From positions 972,556 through 1,036,555 of the forward strand of contig CAJFCJ010000016.1 of assembly GCA_904063045.1 (NCBI GenBank): a stretch of 64,000 nucleotides of DNA, in the 5' to 3' direction. Under the pieces are notes generated by a model. It did no database searches, was not told where the DNA came from, and was given only the letters and a program-made list of their open reading frames with translations. The stretch is from Dimorphilus gyrociliatus (taxonomy: Eukaryota > Animalia > Annelida). Below are positions 23,701 to 34,781 of the stretch, piece after piece (the stretch's first letter is position 1; every line of letters starts with the position of its first letter). The position numbers were made by a program, and so were the translations under genes.

Positions 23701-26226
23701 CTAACCGAAACACAAGGTAAAATACTAAGCGATTTATTAACGAAACTATCAACAATCAAGGTTATTAATTTGGCTTCGAACAAACTACTCAAAGGCAGCT
23801 TTGATAAAATTATTCCATCTCTGAAACTCTCCGATCAAAAGATTCAAGAAATTAACTTTTCAGACTGCAATCTAACAACTGATCAGGGTGAATTGATAAG
23901 CGCTATCCTCTTGAATTGCTTTTCGCTTAAATCGCTTAATCTCAGCTCGAATAGGAAATTGAAAGAAAGCCTTTATTCAATCATTCGCTCGATAAAAAGG
24001 TCTAATCCTAGAATAGAATACTTAAACTTTTCCAACTGCAATTTACAAGGAAATCACGGAATTTTACTAGCCGAAGTGTTTGAATATAGTAAATCAATTG
24101 AAAAATTCTATCTGGCTACCAATCCGGATATGAAGAGAGGACAAGGCGCTCTCCTTTCGTCGTTAAAGGGATGTAGTTCGTTAAAAGTTCTACATCTGTC
24201 CACTTGCAACCTGAACGCAGAACACGGACTACTGCTTGCCGAACTATTCTCAATATGCCCCCTATTGGAGGATATTTGCTTGAAGAATAACGACGAGATT
24301 GAGAAGGGTTTTGACGATATTTTAACGTCTCTTCAACAGTTACGTTGTTTGAAAAAGTTCAATTTCACTAATTGCCGATTGAATGACAAACACGGCAAAC
24401 TATTGGGTGATTTAGTCAAACGATTTAATTTTAAACTTGAAAAAGTCAATCTTAACGGAAATATTAGCATTACAACTGGCTTTGATAATATATTATCTAG
24501 TTTGAAAGAGTCGACAACCCTTCGGGAGATTAATCTATCGAATTGCGGATTGAACGTTTGTCAAGGAGAAATATTGTCAAAAATCGTATCGAATTGTTCG
24601 CATTTATCGAAATTATACTTGAAAAACAACCAGAATATTGAACAGAACTTCTATTCGATTATTAAATCGTTAAGATCGTCAAATCACCTTAAAGAAATAG
24701 ATTTCTCCGGATGCGATCTGAACGATAAATGCGGATTATTGCTTGCGGAAATCTTTCGAAATTGTTGCACTTTGGAAAAAGTCTATTTGAAATGTAATCA
24801 TAGATTAGAGAGTAGTTTCGATAAAATCATTTCGTCGCTTAAAAGATCTTCAAAGAGTCTTCGAGTAATCGATCTATCCGGTTGTGGATTGAATGAAAGG
24901 AGCGGATCGATAATTGCCGAATTGTTTAAAAGTTGTTGTTCGTTAGAAGGGATTCATTTAAAGTATAATCAAGATATGAAAGCAAGCCTCAATAAAATTA
25001 TTCAATCGTTTCAAACAACTTTAATACTGAACGAAATTGATCTATCCGGATGTAATCTGAATGAAAAACAGGGCGAATCATTGGCTCAAGTACTGCAAAT
25101 TAATAGGTCGTTGGAAAAACTCTATCTAAGGTATTGCAAGAATATTGGATTAGGTTTCTATCCGATTTTCTGTTCTCTCGATACGATTACCACCCTAAAA
25201 GAATTGGAATTATCCGGATGCGGATTGAATGCAGCTCACGGAAAGCTGCTCGCCAAAGTATTACGCCGTTGCAGTTGCTTGGAAAGAATTTGCTTGAAAT
25301 TTAATAAAGGTCTTTGTTCAAGTTTCGATACGATTATTGAAAGTTTACAACGGCTGAAATATTTAAAGGACGTCGACTTTTCCGGTTGCGAATTGAATGA
25401 ATATCACGGTAAATTACTGGTAGGATTACTTAGAAATTGCCCTCTCCTACGTAGAATTGGATTGGATTATAATAAAACCATTAAAGGAGAAATAGATAAT
25501 ATTCTTGTTGCGATGAAGAGATCGTGGATTATCGATCAAATCGATCTATCGGGCTGCGGATTAAAAGCGAAACAGGGAGAAATTCTCGAAGAACTATTCA
25601 TAAATTCTTATTCATTTCAAAGAATCTACCTTAAATACAACGGAGGCGTACAAAGCGGTTTCGATAGAATTATTTCATCGTTAAAATTGTTACCCTATCT
25701 TAAAGACCTTGACCTTTCGTTTTGCGAATTGAATAAGAAACAGGGAAAACTGTTGGCTGAATCCTTTCAAAAGTGTCTACTATTGGAGAGAATCTATTTA
25801 AAGAATAATTTTGGTATGGAAGAAAGTATTACTAGTATTATTCGCAGTTTAGAAAAGTTGCGCAATTTAAAAGAACTAGATCTATCCAGGTGTAAATTGA
25901 ATGAGGAGCAAGGAGTTATCTTGGGTAAAGTTTTTAAAGATTGTCCGCTTCTGGAGAAGGTTCTTTTAAATTCAAATATGGACATTAACGCAGGTTTCAA
26001 CTCTCTAATTCCAGCCTTAGAGCTGCTGCACAATCTAAGAGAAATAGATTTAGGCTGTTGCCGATTGACAATAGAACAGGGAATGTTGCTCGCAAAAGTC
26101 TTTAAAGATTTCGCTTCTCTCGAAAGAATCAATTTGAAACGAAACTTTGTTGACTTGAGAACGAAAATTGACGTTGTAATATCGCTCTATTACAATTTGA
26201 GTGATTCTGTACAGTTGGAACTATAA
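20773..26226 (+). CDS. NLR-type NACHT-LRR protein 1 (intronless coding region, probable N-terminal death-fold)
   Basis: Walker A GGEGIGKT, Walker B LLFLDGIDE, winged-helix motif FYHHSFQEFFTAKYI, then many 28-aa RI-like LRRs (e.g. LKEIDFSGCDL / LEKVYLKCN). First ATG is at 20773; the ORF track starts at TTG 20764 inside a probable intron 20709-20769. Confidence 0.9.
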   Translation: MESLELLSLNFYKSILKTNVGKYISFQEFCSKLYDLKLTTRIELNDLHSQFDNYGESAFNYLIQILTDSTIDNFCNNLKENDKKSIKEFANKLKTSKILWKLLIDDVKCLRRKDLCEIRPLLFEEIKPIRLSDVTATIKLITTKDKSTLENCCEWNGNGVDYSNFYGIFDKFNKILIEGGEGIGKTIHVRHLIYCWANDVWEKHTDKLIIRLSLRNLTNQQDIFDAIIQQNFQQISYIDKRLVQLFFHENNSKVLLFLDGIDEINNSYGIDDLTNGTSNRELSTVVNSRKWKINDLINNPNPELSTIVWSRKWKLEEIQESFDIVFELESFNDKELKYFYEKSIIGCSERIQYFLQVLNNQKWFIKDFCRIPLYSLIVYIVWQYNKCEFKENRFEYYTEIMRIIQERDGLDKRNTMPIIHKLHKLAFSHLKTNQSTINIADDHQLKEIIVTLGNILQLDDQNNVQFYHHSFQEFFTAKYIIAQYPINFSGRVKSISKTWKQFEKNMKEFLMAVKRIQFFNTMNFIKQGNIDIFEKIILKFDIIPTLYESKYLVKEHLGKRRYHNYELKLNDTNEGHSSSTILAVLLHRIGSNLTNMTIAINSVSFKSILHILSKHSPNLKDLSLICGERIELFYQSESFLEVFLTLISSTNVERIQWKKHIFNISSHSRNRNETNSTIQRFIEEFEISNDPNCKDVFDIQTANGSVFLKSYQDKSKHFLRIVDRNYMNFLSKLNDTETLILENKIIPYYIYLDFHDMLEERKKREQIKSIIILNTIVRNRDNSTFINYNSHYKSNASNIPNGVIESKHVGKFVLLNSNVNCSNREGKYEFLARTKRKALKLINSSSINDNTGSSNSFETNLVIVEESMKYRNDCRLNLCKKDDLFKRRRMVGNCFHSIKPFKYFMKKNIKELQVININFQYMPTTKLDRDVWKLNSTIEVLDFSYSTFTNQTFYSIFSALKEHCRRIIHINLSNCELTETQGKILSDLLTKLSTIKVINLASNKLLKGSFDKIIPSLKLSDQKIQEINFSDCNLTTDQGELISAILLNCFSLKSLNLSSNRKLKESLYSIIRSIKRSNPRIEYLNFSNCNLQGNHGILLAEVFEYSKSIEKFYLATNPDMKRGQGALLSSLKGCSSLKVLHLSTCNLNAEHGLLLAELFSICPLLEDICLKNNDEIEKGFDDILTSLQQLRCLKKFNFTNCRLNDKHGKLLGDLVKRFNFKLEKVNLNGNISITTGFDNILSSLKESTTLREINLSNCGLNVCQGEILSKIVSNCSHLSKLYLKNNQNIEQNFYSIIKSLRSSNHLKEIDFSGCDLNDKCGLLLAEIFRNCCTLEKVYLKCNHRLESSFDKIISSLKRSSKSLRVIDLSGCGLNERSGSIIAELFKSCCSLEGIHLKYNQDMKASLNKIIQSFQTTLILNEIDLSGCNLNEKQGESLAQVLQINRSLEKLYLRYCKNIGLGFYPIFCSLDTITTLKELELSGCGLNAAHGKLLAKVLRRCSCLERICLKFNKGLCSSFDTIIESLQRLKYLKDVDFSGCELNEYHGKLLVGLLRNCPLLRRIGLDYNKTIKGEIDNILVAMKRSWIIDQIDLSGCGLKAKQGEILEELFINSYSFQRIYLKYNGGVQSGFDRIISSLKLLPYLKDLDLSFCELNKKQGKLLAESFQKCLLLERIYLKNNFGMEESITSIIRSLEKLRNLKELDLSRCKLNEEQGVILGKVFKDCPLLEKVLLNSNMDINAGFNSLIPALELLHNLREIDLGCCRLTIEQGMLLAKVFKDFASLERINLKRNFVDLRTKIDVVISLYYNLSDSVQLEL

Positions 26227-26706
26227 ATTTGTAAATATTAAAATGGTTGAACGCCATCTCTATTATACAATTTGGTGTGTGTCCACGTGCATATATACAC
26301 AGTATATATGTATATTGCATATACAAATACAAACATGCTGCCAAGTTGAAATCCTTCTTTTCAATGTCTTTATCCTAAATATTTCATTAGTAAACTCGTT
26401 CTTTCCCTCTCCTCTACTCCCCCCCCCACCTCCCCCTCTCTCTTCTTCTTGTTCTTCTTGTTTCACCATAAAAAACGGCAACAGCGAAATAGAAATTATT
26501 TCTTTCGACATCTTTCATTCTTAATAAAAGTTTGATGTAAATAAATAGAAAACTATTATGAAAATATTGAACATTTATTTTCATTGCTTTCTTTGGTGTT
26601 TTTTAGTTTTGTCTGAATTGTTGGAAAAGCAATAAGAAAAGAATTAAAAGTAAATATTTATTGTATACAATGTTGGTATTGTTGTAAAAGTATGTGTTTG
26701 TTTAAA

Positions 26707-27255
26707 TCAAAGAGATGTGTCTAATGTTGAATATTCTAAATGAATCAAGTTATTATGAATAGTTGTTTTGAACAATTCCCTTTCTTTTATCTTACAAATT
26801 ACATCTACTTACCGCAATCAATCTTTTCGTAGTAGTTATACATGGAATTTGTTAGGAAATTACCGAAATCTTCATCTTTTCTTTTGGAATTTAAGCCGCA
26901 AAAATCGGTTGAATGGAAAAAATCCACAGCTCTGTTTTGTGAATTATTCATATATAGTTTGTACGCTATATCCAATCTATGGAGATATACTCACTTGCAA
27001 TCCTCCCTCTTGCTGCAAAGCAATTTACATTGAGTTAAATTTGCAACAACGTTCGTCGAACCGGTTGCTGGATTCAAAACTAGGTTATGACCGTACAAAT
27101 TCTTACCAGGAAAATATTCATAGTTGCAGCTTGAGACTGTTCAAGTGGGCATATGGAAATGAGTATTGGAAGAGAGAAAGACGACGAGATTACTTACCTA
27201 TTGCAAGTATAAAACACCAAAGAAATGCTCCGTCTTGCTGCAACTTTGTATTCAT
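26707..27255 (-). CDS. secreted PAN/apple-domain protein D
   Basis: Not in the ORF track. Exons 27198-27255 (MNTKLQQDGAFLWCFILAI), 26995-27136 (SCNYEYFPGKNLYGHNL..CKLLCSKREDCK), 26813-26931 (AVDFF..CGLNS..YNYYEKIDC) and a short last exon, all GT-AG. Confidence 0.75.
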
Positions 27256-27841
27256 TATTGTAAATCAAAAGGATAAAAAGTGAGCTTTCGTATTCAGTTG
27301 TCTAATTAATTATTAGTATATTGAATATTCATACTTTCTCCGCCAATGCTAAAGCGAATCGATGTATTACTAATACAAAATACAAATGAATAAAGTCTCT
27401 CGTCCCACTTAGGTCGCGGAGGGAAGAATGCAAACAATTTCGTTCCAGTCCACTTCTCTTTATGCATCGTGTTGTTCTTTCTACATAAATAGTAATAGAT
27501 GGGTTATAAATAGGTGAAAATTACTTATTTCTTAAAGATTTTCATTGATTGCATACCGAATTTTCTTTCTTTCGAAAACTCAATAAATCTTATAGGGAAA
27601 CCAATAATTTTCTTATTTCTACTTATAGACACTTTTCTTTTTTCCTATAGATCTCCAACGATTGAACTATTTTCACTGAAAATTCTCTTTTTGTCTCGAT
27701 CTTCTCTCTTATAAACAAATCACACGCATCAACGAAAATATAACGACCAACTACTCCCTTTCTTAACAATTCAACGCTTTGCGCATGCTTCCCCACCTAA
27801 GCATAAGGAAACTTTATCCAAAAAGATGTCGACTTTTTGTC

Positions 27842-27913
27842 AGGTTCCACCGAGATTTGAACTCGGATCGTTGGATTCAAAGTCCAAAGTGCTAACCGTT
27901 ACACCATGGAACC
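27842..27913 (-). tRNA. tRNA-Gln-TTG: tRNA-Gln (anticodon TTG)
   Basis: Same 72-nt body as the CTG genes with anticodon loop CTTTGAA; T5 terminator about 17 nt downstream. Confidence 0.97.
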
Positions 27914-28699
27914 TTCACATTATGTAAATAATGTTAGAATTAAGATAGAACGTTTTTTATTAGACGATTAGACCTATATCTACAATAGTAACTTCGGAAT
28001 TCAAATAAGGTAACAGGGCACGAATCAACGGTCAGTTATTACTAATATTTGAAAATAGCATTCTGGTAACGTTCTTCTTCTTATATAGAATGTTAACGTT
28101 GATAAACGATTGTCGCCAACCGGAGCGCGTTCTTCTAAGTAGTATAAGAAAATACTATGAAGCTAGCGAGTTACTTTGTTATCATCTCATATAGTAAAGC
28201 CTGCATTATTTCGCAACTACTTTGAAACACGACTAGTCTGTCAGAGAAATAACTTGAAACAAACTTCAAAATCAATCTTTTTATTGATTTCTCTCTCTGT
28301 CTCTCTCCTCAAACGTATCGATATCTCTATCCTAATCAGACAATAGCGAATTAGGTTATTGTTAAAAACTTCTGAAACTACGTTCAAATACTTGAAAAGT
28401 TGATGGGAAAACAGCAAAAGATGCTTCGTTCTCTTCTCTAACACTCTTTACGATTTTTCTCCCTGGAATAAAATCACTATAGATTGGATTATCTCGCTAC
28501 TGTGTTATTTTTATCTTATGTACAATACTCAATTGATTATATAATATTTAAACAGCTGAAGTTGAGCTAATAGCGAAAAAATCAAGACAGAGAAACCGCC
28601 ATCGTCACTCTCCCCTTTTTATACCAGAATAACCAAATGACTCATTCTCCAACTTTCGATTAAAAGGTAAAACTATTGCAAAAAGTTGGATAATTAGTC

Positions 28700-28771
28700 A
28701 GGTTCCACCGAGATTTGAACTCGGATCGTTGGATTCAAAGTCCAAAGTGCTAACCGTTACACCATGGAACC
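28700..28771 (-). tRNA. tRNA-Gln-TTG: tRNA-Gln (anticodon TTG)
   Basis: Matches the 27842 gene; T5 terminator downstream. Confidence 0.97.
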
Positions 28772-31700
28772 TTCTTATTGTTTAAGCGAATGATTTGTAA
28801 ATAAATTTCAATCGATACATCCTGAAAACCTATCACAGAAACTTGGCATAATAACATATTCAAAGAATATTAGCAAGCCATCATCATCTCTTCAATAAAT
28901 TTCAGCTTCTTTCATTGTCTACATCGGTAAATCGCTTATTAATATTGAATACTAAGTGATTGCCATCATCATAATCATATTAAATCTATCTCCAACATAC
29001 TAGCAGCGAAATAAATATATAAATATTTAATTATAATTAACGTATTCCTATAGAAATTCACAGGTAGACTGAAACGTTCATACTCTCCAGTGAAACCATA
29101 CTGATGATATAGGCCATTTTTATACAAATGCCATATGTATTTGACAGTGTATATACGCTATAAATGTTAGCAAGTTGAAACGAAAGTACAAGGAGTGGTA
29201 AACGTACTCGTGGTAATTGTTTTTTCTTTTTTTTAATAATCATTCATCCAGTCTATTTTAGCTGGACAGAAAGACTCGGAGAGAGGTTTGCTGTTATTCA
29301 ATATATTATATGCCAAATATGACGTCAACCCTGTATTGAAAACTTTCAGTGTTTATCGATAATGAATGGGACCTTTTACCGTATTCCCATTTCAAATTTA
29401 ATAAATACATCAGCAAATATCGCTTGTAAGCATTTTGGCTTTCAAAGAAAGTAATGTATATTTACTGGGCCGGTATACTACTAATGAAACCTCGGCGTTC
29501 TATCTTGTTTGTACCGACCTACAAAACTGACTATTTAAACGACTGCAAAATATGAAAAGTTGCTATTTATTTTTGTATAAATTCAAAGGAAAATTATGTT
29601 TTACAATGACACAAAGTTATTTTGTAAGATGTTCAATTCACCAGGGTTAAGGGTATCCAGTCGGGACGAAGCACAAATTTATTGATCATATTATGATATC
29701 GGACGCGACGTAGGACAGTCTATCATCTTCAATTCAAAATATACAGCAGATACCGCAAGGAATAGATAGTAGATGTATTAAAATCTATTCTCGACGGAAG
29801 ATGTGAGTGTTTTTTTTATTTTGAAATAAAACTTGTCTCTCCAATCCTGATGACGCCAACTTGCGATAGATTTTCCCATGTAAAATTGAAAATGCATGTA
29901 TTAGTAGTAAATTTGTTTTGATGGTCATCCAGACTGCTCCGACGGATTAGACGAAAACAGCTGTAGTCAATTAGAAATAGTTCAAACAGTATAAATATCG
30001 TTTCTGTTTGCGAAATTGATTGTACTACGGTTTACTTCTGGAAAACAATGTTCATTTGTATTGTATTTAATCGCGATGAATGCAAACTTTTGAATTTATT
30101 CAGCGACTTTAATTTCTGCGATAAGAAGAAAGTTCATCCGTGTGGAGAGAATGAAAAAGTCTCTCATTGCTATGACAAAAGTATATCCTTGTCATCTGTT
30201 AATTCTTTAATTGAAGGACTGCTTTCCTAATGAATAATAATTAGGTCAATATGGAAGATGAACTTTGTATAATAGTTATCGAGATGATTTGCTATTTTAT
30301 TCCAAACTATACGATAACAAGATTATCCAAAACAACAATAAACTATTCGTTATAATAGCTAAGCGTAATGACAACCAACATTCTCTATATTAAAATATAT
30401 CTTTACTTTTCAATACTGAAGTTCCTTCCAGAATCAAACAGTTCAGACTAGCAGCTCCATAATTTGATCTATATTATTTCATCTTTAGTCGGTTATCAAG
30501 TATTTTCAGATATATTGAAAATGATAATACAGTATGCTGATGAACACAAAAAATGTATAGTATAACAATAGAAAAGTTTCTTTACATAGAAAATGTTTAC
30601 AGAGGAAAAGGTGGAAACCTAACCAATTTTCTTCTTTCACAGCCCGTATGATTTCTACTCAACTGATGTATTTACTTTGAAAATTTCCCAACATTCAACT
30701 CATGCAATATAACAACAATCTTTCGAGAAAGTTCACAATTGCAAATTGTAAACTTTAAGAGAATGGAATTTTGCACCGTCCTGCAAACAACGCTAAGCCA
30801 ACCTGTTCTTTGGGATCAATTACAAGCAGTAGAGGACACGTTAGAACAAAAGTTAGAACAAAAATAAAATATACTAGCTCTCGGCTTATTATTAGGGAAA
30901 TGAGTAATAAAAGGAATAGAGGTAGCCAATCCCGAATGCATTCTACGCAGTATTTTCCCTCAAACAACAATAACTCTCTCTGCTTTGTTGTTTTTAATTT
31001 AGATGTGGAATAAATAACCTGGCAGTCGTTATCACTCGTTCGAGCAATCGTTGACCCAAACTCAAGAATAGATATTATTCTTTTTGTTTAGTGCGCATGC
31101 TCTAAAATGAGGAAAAACAATTAATCAATCAATCACCAATAACTACATTCCCAATAGTCTTTTTCGAATGACGTCAAAATGTTTAGTATGCGTTTGCATA
31201 ATTGATAGTAAATGTCAGATATTTTTATACCAAGAGTATATAGAAGGAACGAAATTATAATGTATTAACTCTCTTAACAATGCAAGTCAATCATTAATGT
31301 AAGACTCTCCTATTATTATTACTGTAAAAAATAATGACCTTTTATTGCTAACTCAATTGAAGGGAAATTGAAATTCATTCACATATCACTACTTATATTA
31401 GTACCAAGTGTCTCGATTCGCTTTCTTTTTATACAGAATGCTGCTAGCTCTATCTAGAGTTCGTTCATAACTCGAATATAAAGAACTTTGCAAAGTTTTA
31501 CGAATAGGAAAGACAATTAGCTTTTAACAGGGTTAGGTGACAAAGTTTTATCCACGATTTATATCTATGTAGTTAAAAATTACTTGTTTGAGCTAACTCT
31601 GACGCATTGATAACCAATCTAATCGGCTTTATTATCAAGAATTCTTGCAATGAAATGTTGCTGAAAGTTAAACTATCTTATTTAATCTAGTTCCTCTTTA

Positions 31701-32284
31701 ATCAAAATACACAGTACAGTTTGAATATTCCATACTTGTAACCGTTTACATTTTTTGAATTGAAACGTGTCCAGGGATGATATTCAAACATTCAAACATA
31801 GCCATCGACATTAAGATTGCCGAGGCAACATCAACCTCTGCAGAAAGAGTGGAAACGATTTGTCCTATTCATCCCATACACCGGTCACCACAAAATAATA
31901 CATCATCTCAAGTCTGCTTTAGTCCTGCATAGCTGCTGCTATGCCCAATTCATCTGCCCAGGCTGTTGATTACTAAAGCTATAAACCAATCGAGCATCAT
32001 GATAATAGAAAGTAAAATGATTAAATTATACTGAAAAAGAGTAATAGCGAAAAAAGTTGATTATGTATAGAGCAAACGTACAGACTAAATTAAAATTGGT
32101 CCGAGATCGTAGAGTTTTCATTTTATAAATAATCTATAGAACTTGATAACTACGTTATCAATCTTTTTTATTGAGATAGCAAATCAGAATGATAATGGCA
32201 AAGACTTATATTAACATATAATTTCTGGAATTAGATATTTATTTTAAAGTCTCTCTTCGCCATACTCTCAAATTTAGGCAGAAC

Positions 32285-33231
32285 ATGCTGAACAGACGAC
32301 TTTTAGGACTAATTTGTAGCTATAAAAGGGTTGGAACGGTTGATAGATTAAAGAATAATGCGGAGAAGGTTATCAAATATCCTACAAGGGAAAATCTGGA
32401 ATTTAGAACTATGAGAAAGGGTGAAGAAGGTAGCGTTGCACAACTATTTGTGAAAGGATTTGTAAAGAATTTGTCATACATTACGTCTAAGGAGGAATTT
32501 CCTAGTCTTGAGAAATTTTACAAAAAGTCCTTTGAATATGATGAAGAAAATAGGAAGAATTTTTTAGTAGCCTACCACACAGTTGAAAAACGAATAATTG
32601 CAATTTGTAGAATACGAGATTCAAACAGGTAAGCTGTTATATTTTGGCTATGAAAAGTATTCTAACGAAATTAAACACTCTACCATTATATTTCCTGCTT
32701 CAAGGGTCGAGAAAAATTTACCAATTTCAGTGATGTTTAAAATGTTGTCGGCGAAAACCGTCCTGGGATTACTCTGTACATTTGGTTCATTCGATTTATT
32801 GAATAAGCAGATTGTTGAGAACGAACAGATCATAGAATTTCTTACCGTTTGCGGCAAGCATAAAGGTAAAGATTTAGGAAGAACTATGATGCAATGTATG
32901 GAAAGTGTGGGTAAGGAAAGGAATGCTAGCGTATGAATAGATTGATCAACCGTATCCTTTCAAAACAATATTAATCTTGGATTTTCGATCCATAGAAACT
33001 ATCCATGGTCGTTCACGCAGAGGAAGAAAGAGCTCTTAAAATGTACGAAAGTGAAGGATACAAAATAACTCACATTATACACAGTTTAAAGTCTGTAACA
33101 TTTGGTAATAAGGTAAGCAATTGATATTAATCTTTTTCTTACGCAAAATGTTTCATTCACTTGTTTCAATTGTTTCCATTAAACGTCTCATACCACCATA
33201 GGTCAGCTTTAAGATGGAGAAGGCAATTTAG
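32285..33231 (+). CDS. GNAT-family N-acetyltransferase (multi-exon)
   Basis: Acetyl-CoA motif A-like IEFLTVCGKHKGKDLGRTMM; a downstream exon encodes KLSMVVHAEEERALKMYESEGYK (motif B-like); canonical GT-AG introns; TAG at 33229-33231. Confidence 0.8.
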
Positions 33232-34781
33232 AAATGCGAAAGCGAGGAGGAAATCCTTAAAAAAGGGCAATGGCCGCTCTGCATACACGTAGCACATTGA
33301 AATTAAATGGCTAAAGCATCGTAACATTAAATACGTTCCGTCTAGTAAAAACTCAATAAAGGCTACGATTTCTATAAATTCAAATTTTTGTTTCTCTGCT
33401 CAGTTATAGTGTGTGTATCTGTGAAAAATTTATAGTAATTAAAGATGTACGCTGGAGCATGCAAACAATTAAAATTTTGAATTAGTTATGAATGAATTGT
33501 ATTATGTACTAAATATCAACCATATAGGACAGTACATAGTTTAGGATTAGAGTATGTTTATCAGGTTTTTTGTGTACTCTGTTTTGTTTGGTTTTTGTAT
33601 GAGAATGCATGATGAAAATGAATTTTGAATGAGTTTACCTAATGAAAATTTAGCTAAAAAACTTGAATCAACAAACAGTCAGTCATTTTTCAAAAAGAAT
33701 TTACTTACTGCAATTAATTTTAAAGTAATTCGAAATTCCATTATAACTTCCGGTATATTTTCTCTTTTTTAGTCGACAGGTACCAGAGGAGAAATAATCA
33801 AAAGCCCTAATCGTTTTAAACAATCAATCAATCAATCAATCAACAAACATAAGGTTTATCTATGCGTATTTATTACAAAATATCTCTAGCTTTACTAACC
33901 GGCAAGCCTTGCTCCGAGCACAAAATTCCTTGCATTTGGCAATTGAATATTTTCCTGAAGGTGAATGACCAGATATCGATATATCATAGCCTGGAATACC
34001 TCTGTTTCCCGCTTTTTGATATTCGCAAACTTCTAGATTTTCTACGGAAATTCAAACATAGATTAGAGAAAACAAATGGCAAAAATGATCATTCAATGAA
34101 TCAATGAATCAATTAATCTATGTATCTATCTATCTATCTATCTATCTAATTGCAAGTTATTCTTACCTGAGTAGCAATGTTTTACCCATAAAAATGCCAA
34201 AAAATAGGTGAATAGCTGTAAAAATTCCATCATATTTGACACTTTCCAAATGAGGATAGTGTGATCAAGTAAAGTTTTTTTGAAGGGCGCATTTACATAT
34301 CTATATATATCTCATATGTATGCAAATTTATGCTGTAGATATACATATATATATATATATATATGCATGCATATACGTCTAAATGTATCAAAAAATGCGT
34401 TCAGTTAATGTTTTAGTATCTGCTATTTATTTATAAAACCTTTGTAATCCTGTTGAAAAATACTAAATATTAAATGATTCTTTATTTCCAACAGCATTTG
34501 TTAACAGACACTCTGCGTATTTGAAGAATAATTTATTAGTGTTAAAATCCTACAAAACCTATTGCAGTTTGAAAATATAGGACCTTTTGCAGATTCATTA
34601 TTATTCAAGCGTTGTATTCGATGTATCGTTCTTTATCCTCCATCTATGCAAATTAACATTTGTTTAATATAGACCTATTATTATTTTTCAATGCTAATAA
34701 TATTGAAAGAAAAAAATATCAATCAACCAGTTTAGTTTTAGTGAAACACTACACTGAACCTACGATACGGTTAAGGTTAGA

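Noticed and set aside
26129-26524. Short ORFs with poly-Gly or poly-Pro
   Set aside because: They derive from a C-rich low-complexity tract downstream of NLR1; no domain or splice support.
26768-27283. 171-aa plus-strand ORF
   Set aside because: It is the antisense shadow of PAN gene D, which has coherent splice sites and paralogs.
29640-31013. Possible further PAN-like exon (about 29990-30180) and a small hydrophobic ORF (30755-30970)
   Set aside because: The cysteine spacing is only suggestive and there is no coherent exon chain.
31780-31990. Possible Penelope linker fragment (FVLFIPYTGHHKIIHHLKSAL)
   Set aside because: One weak motif among stops; not supportable without a search.
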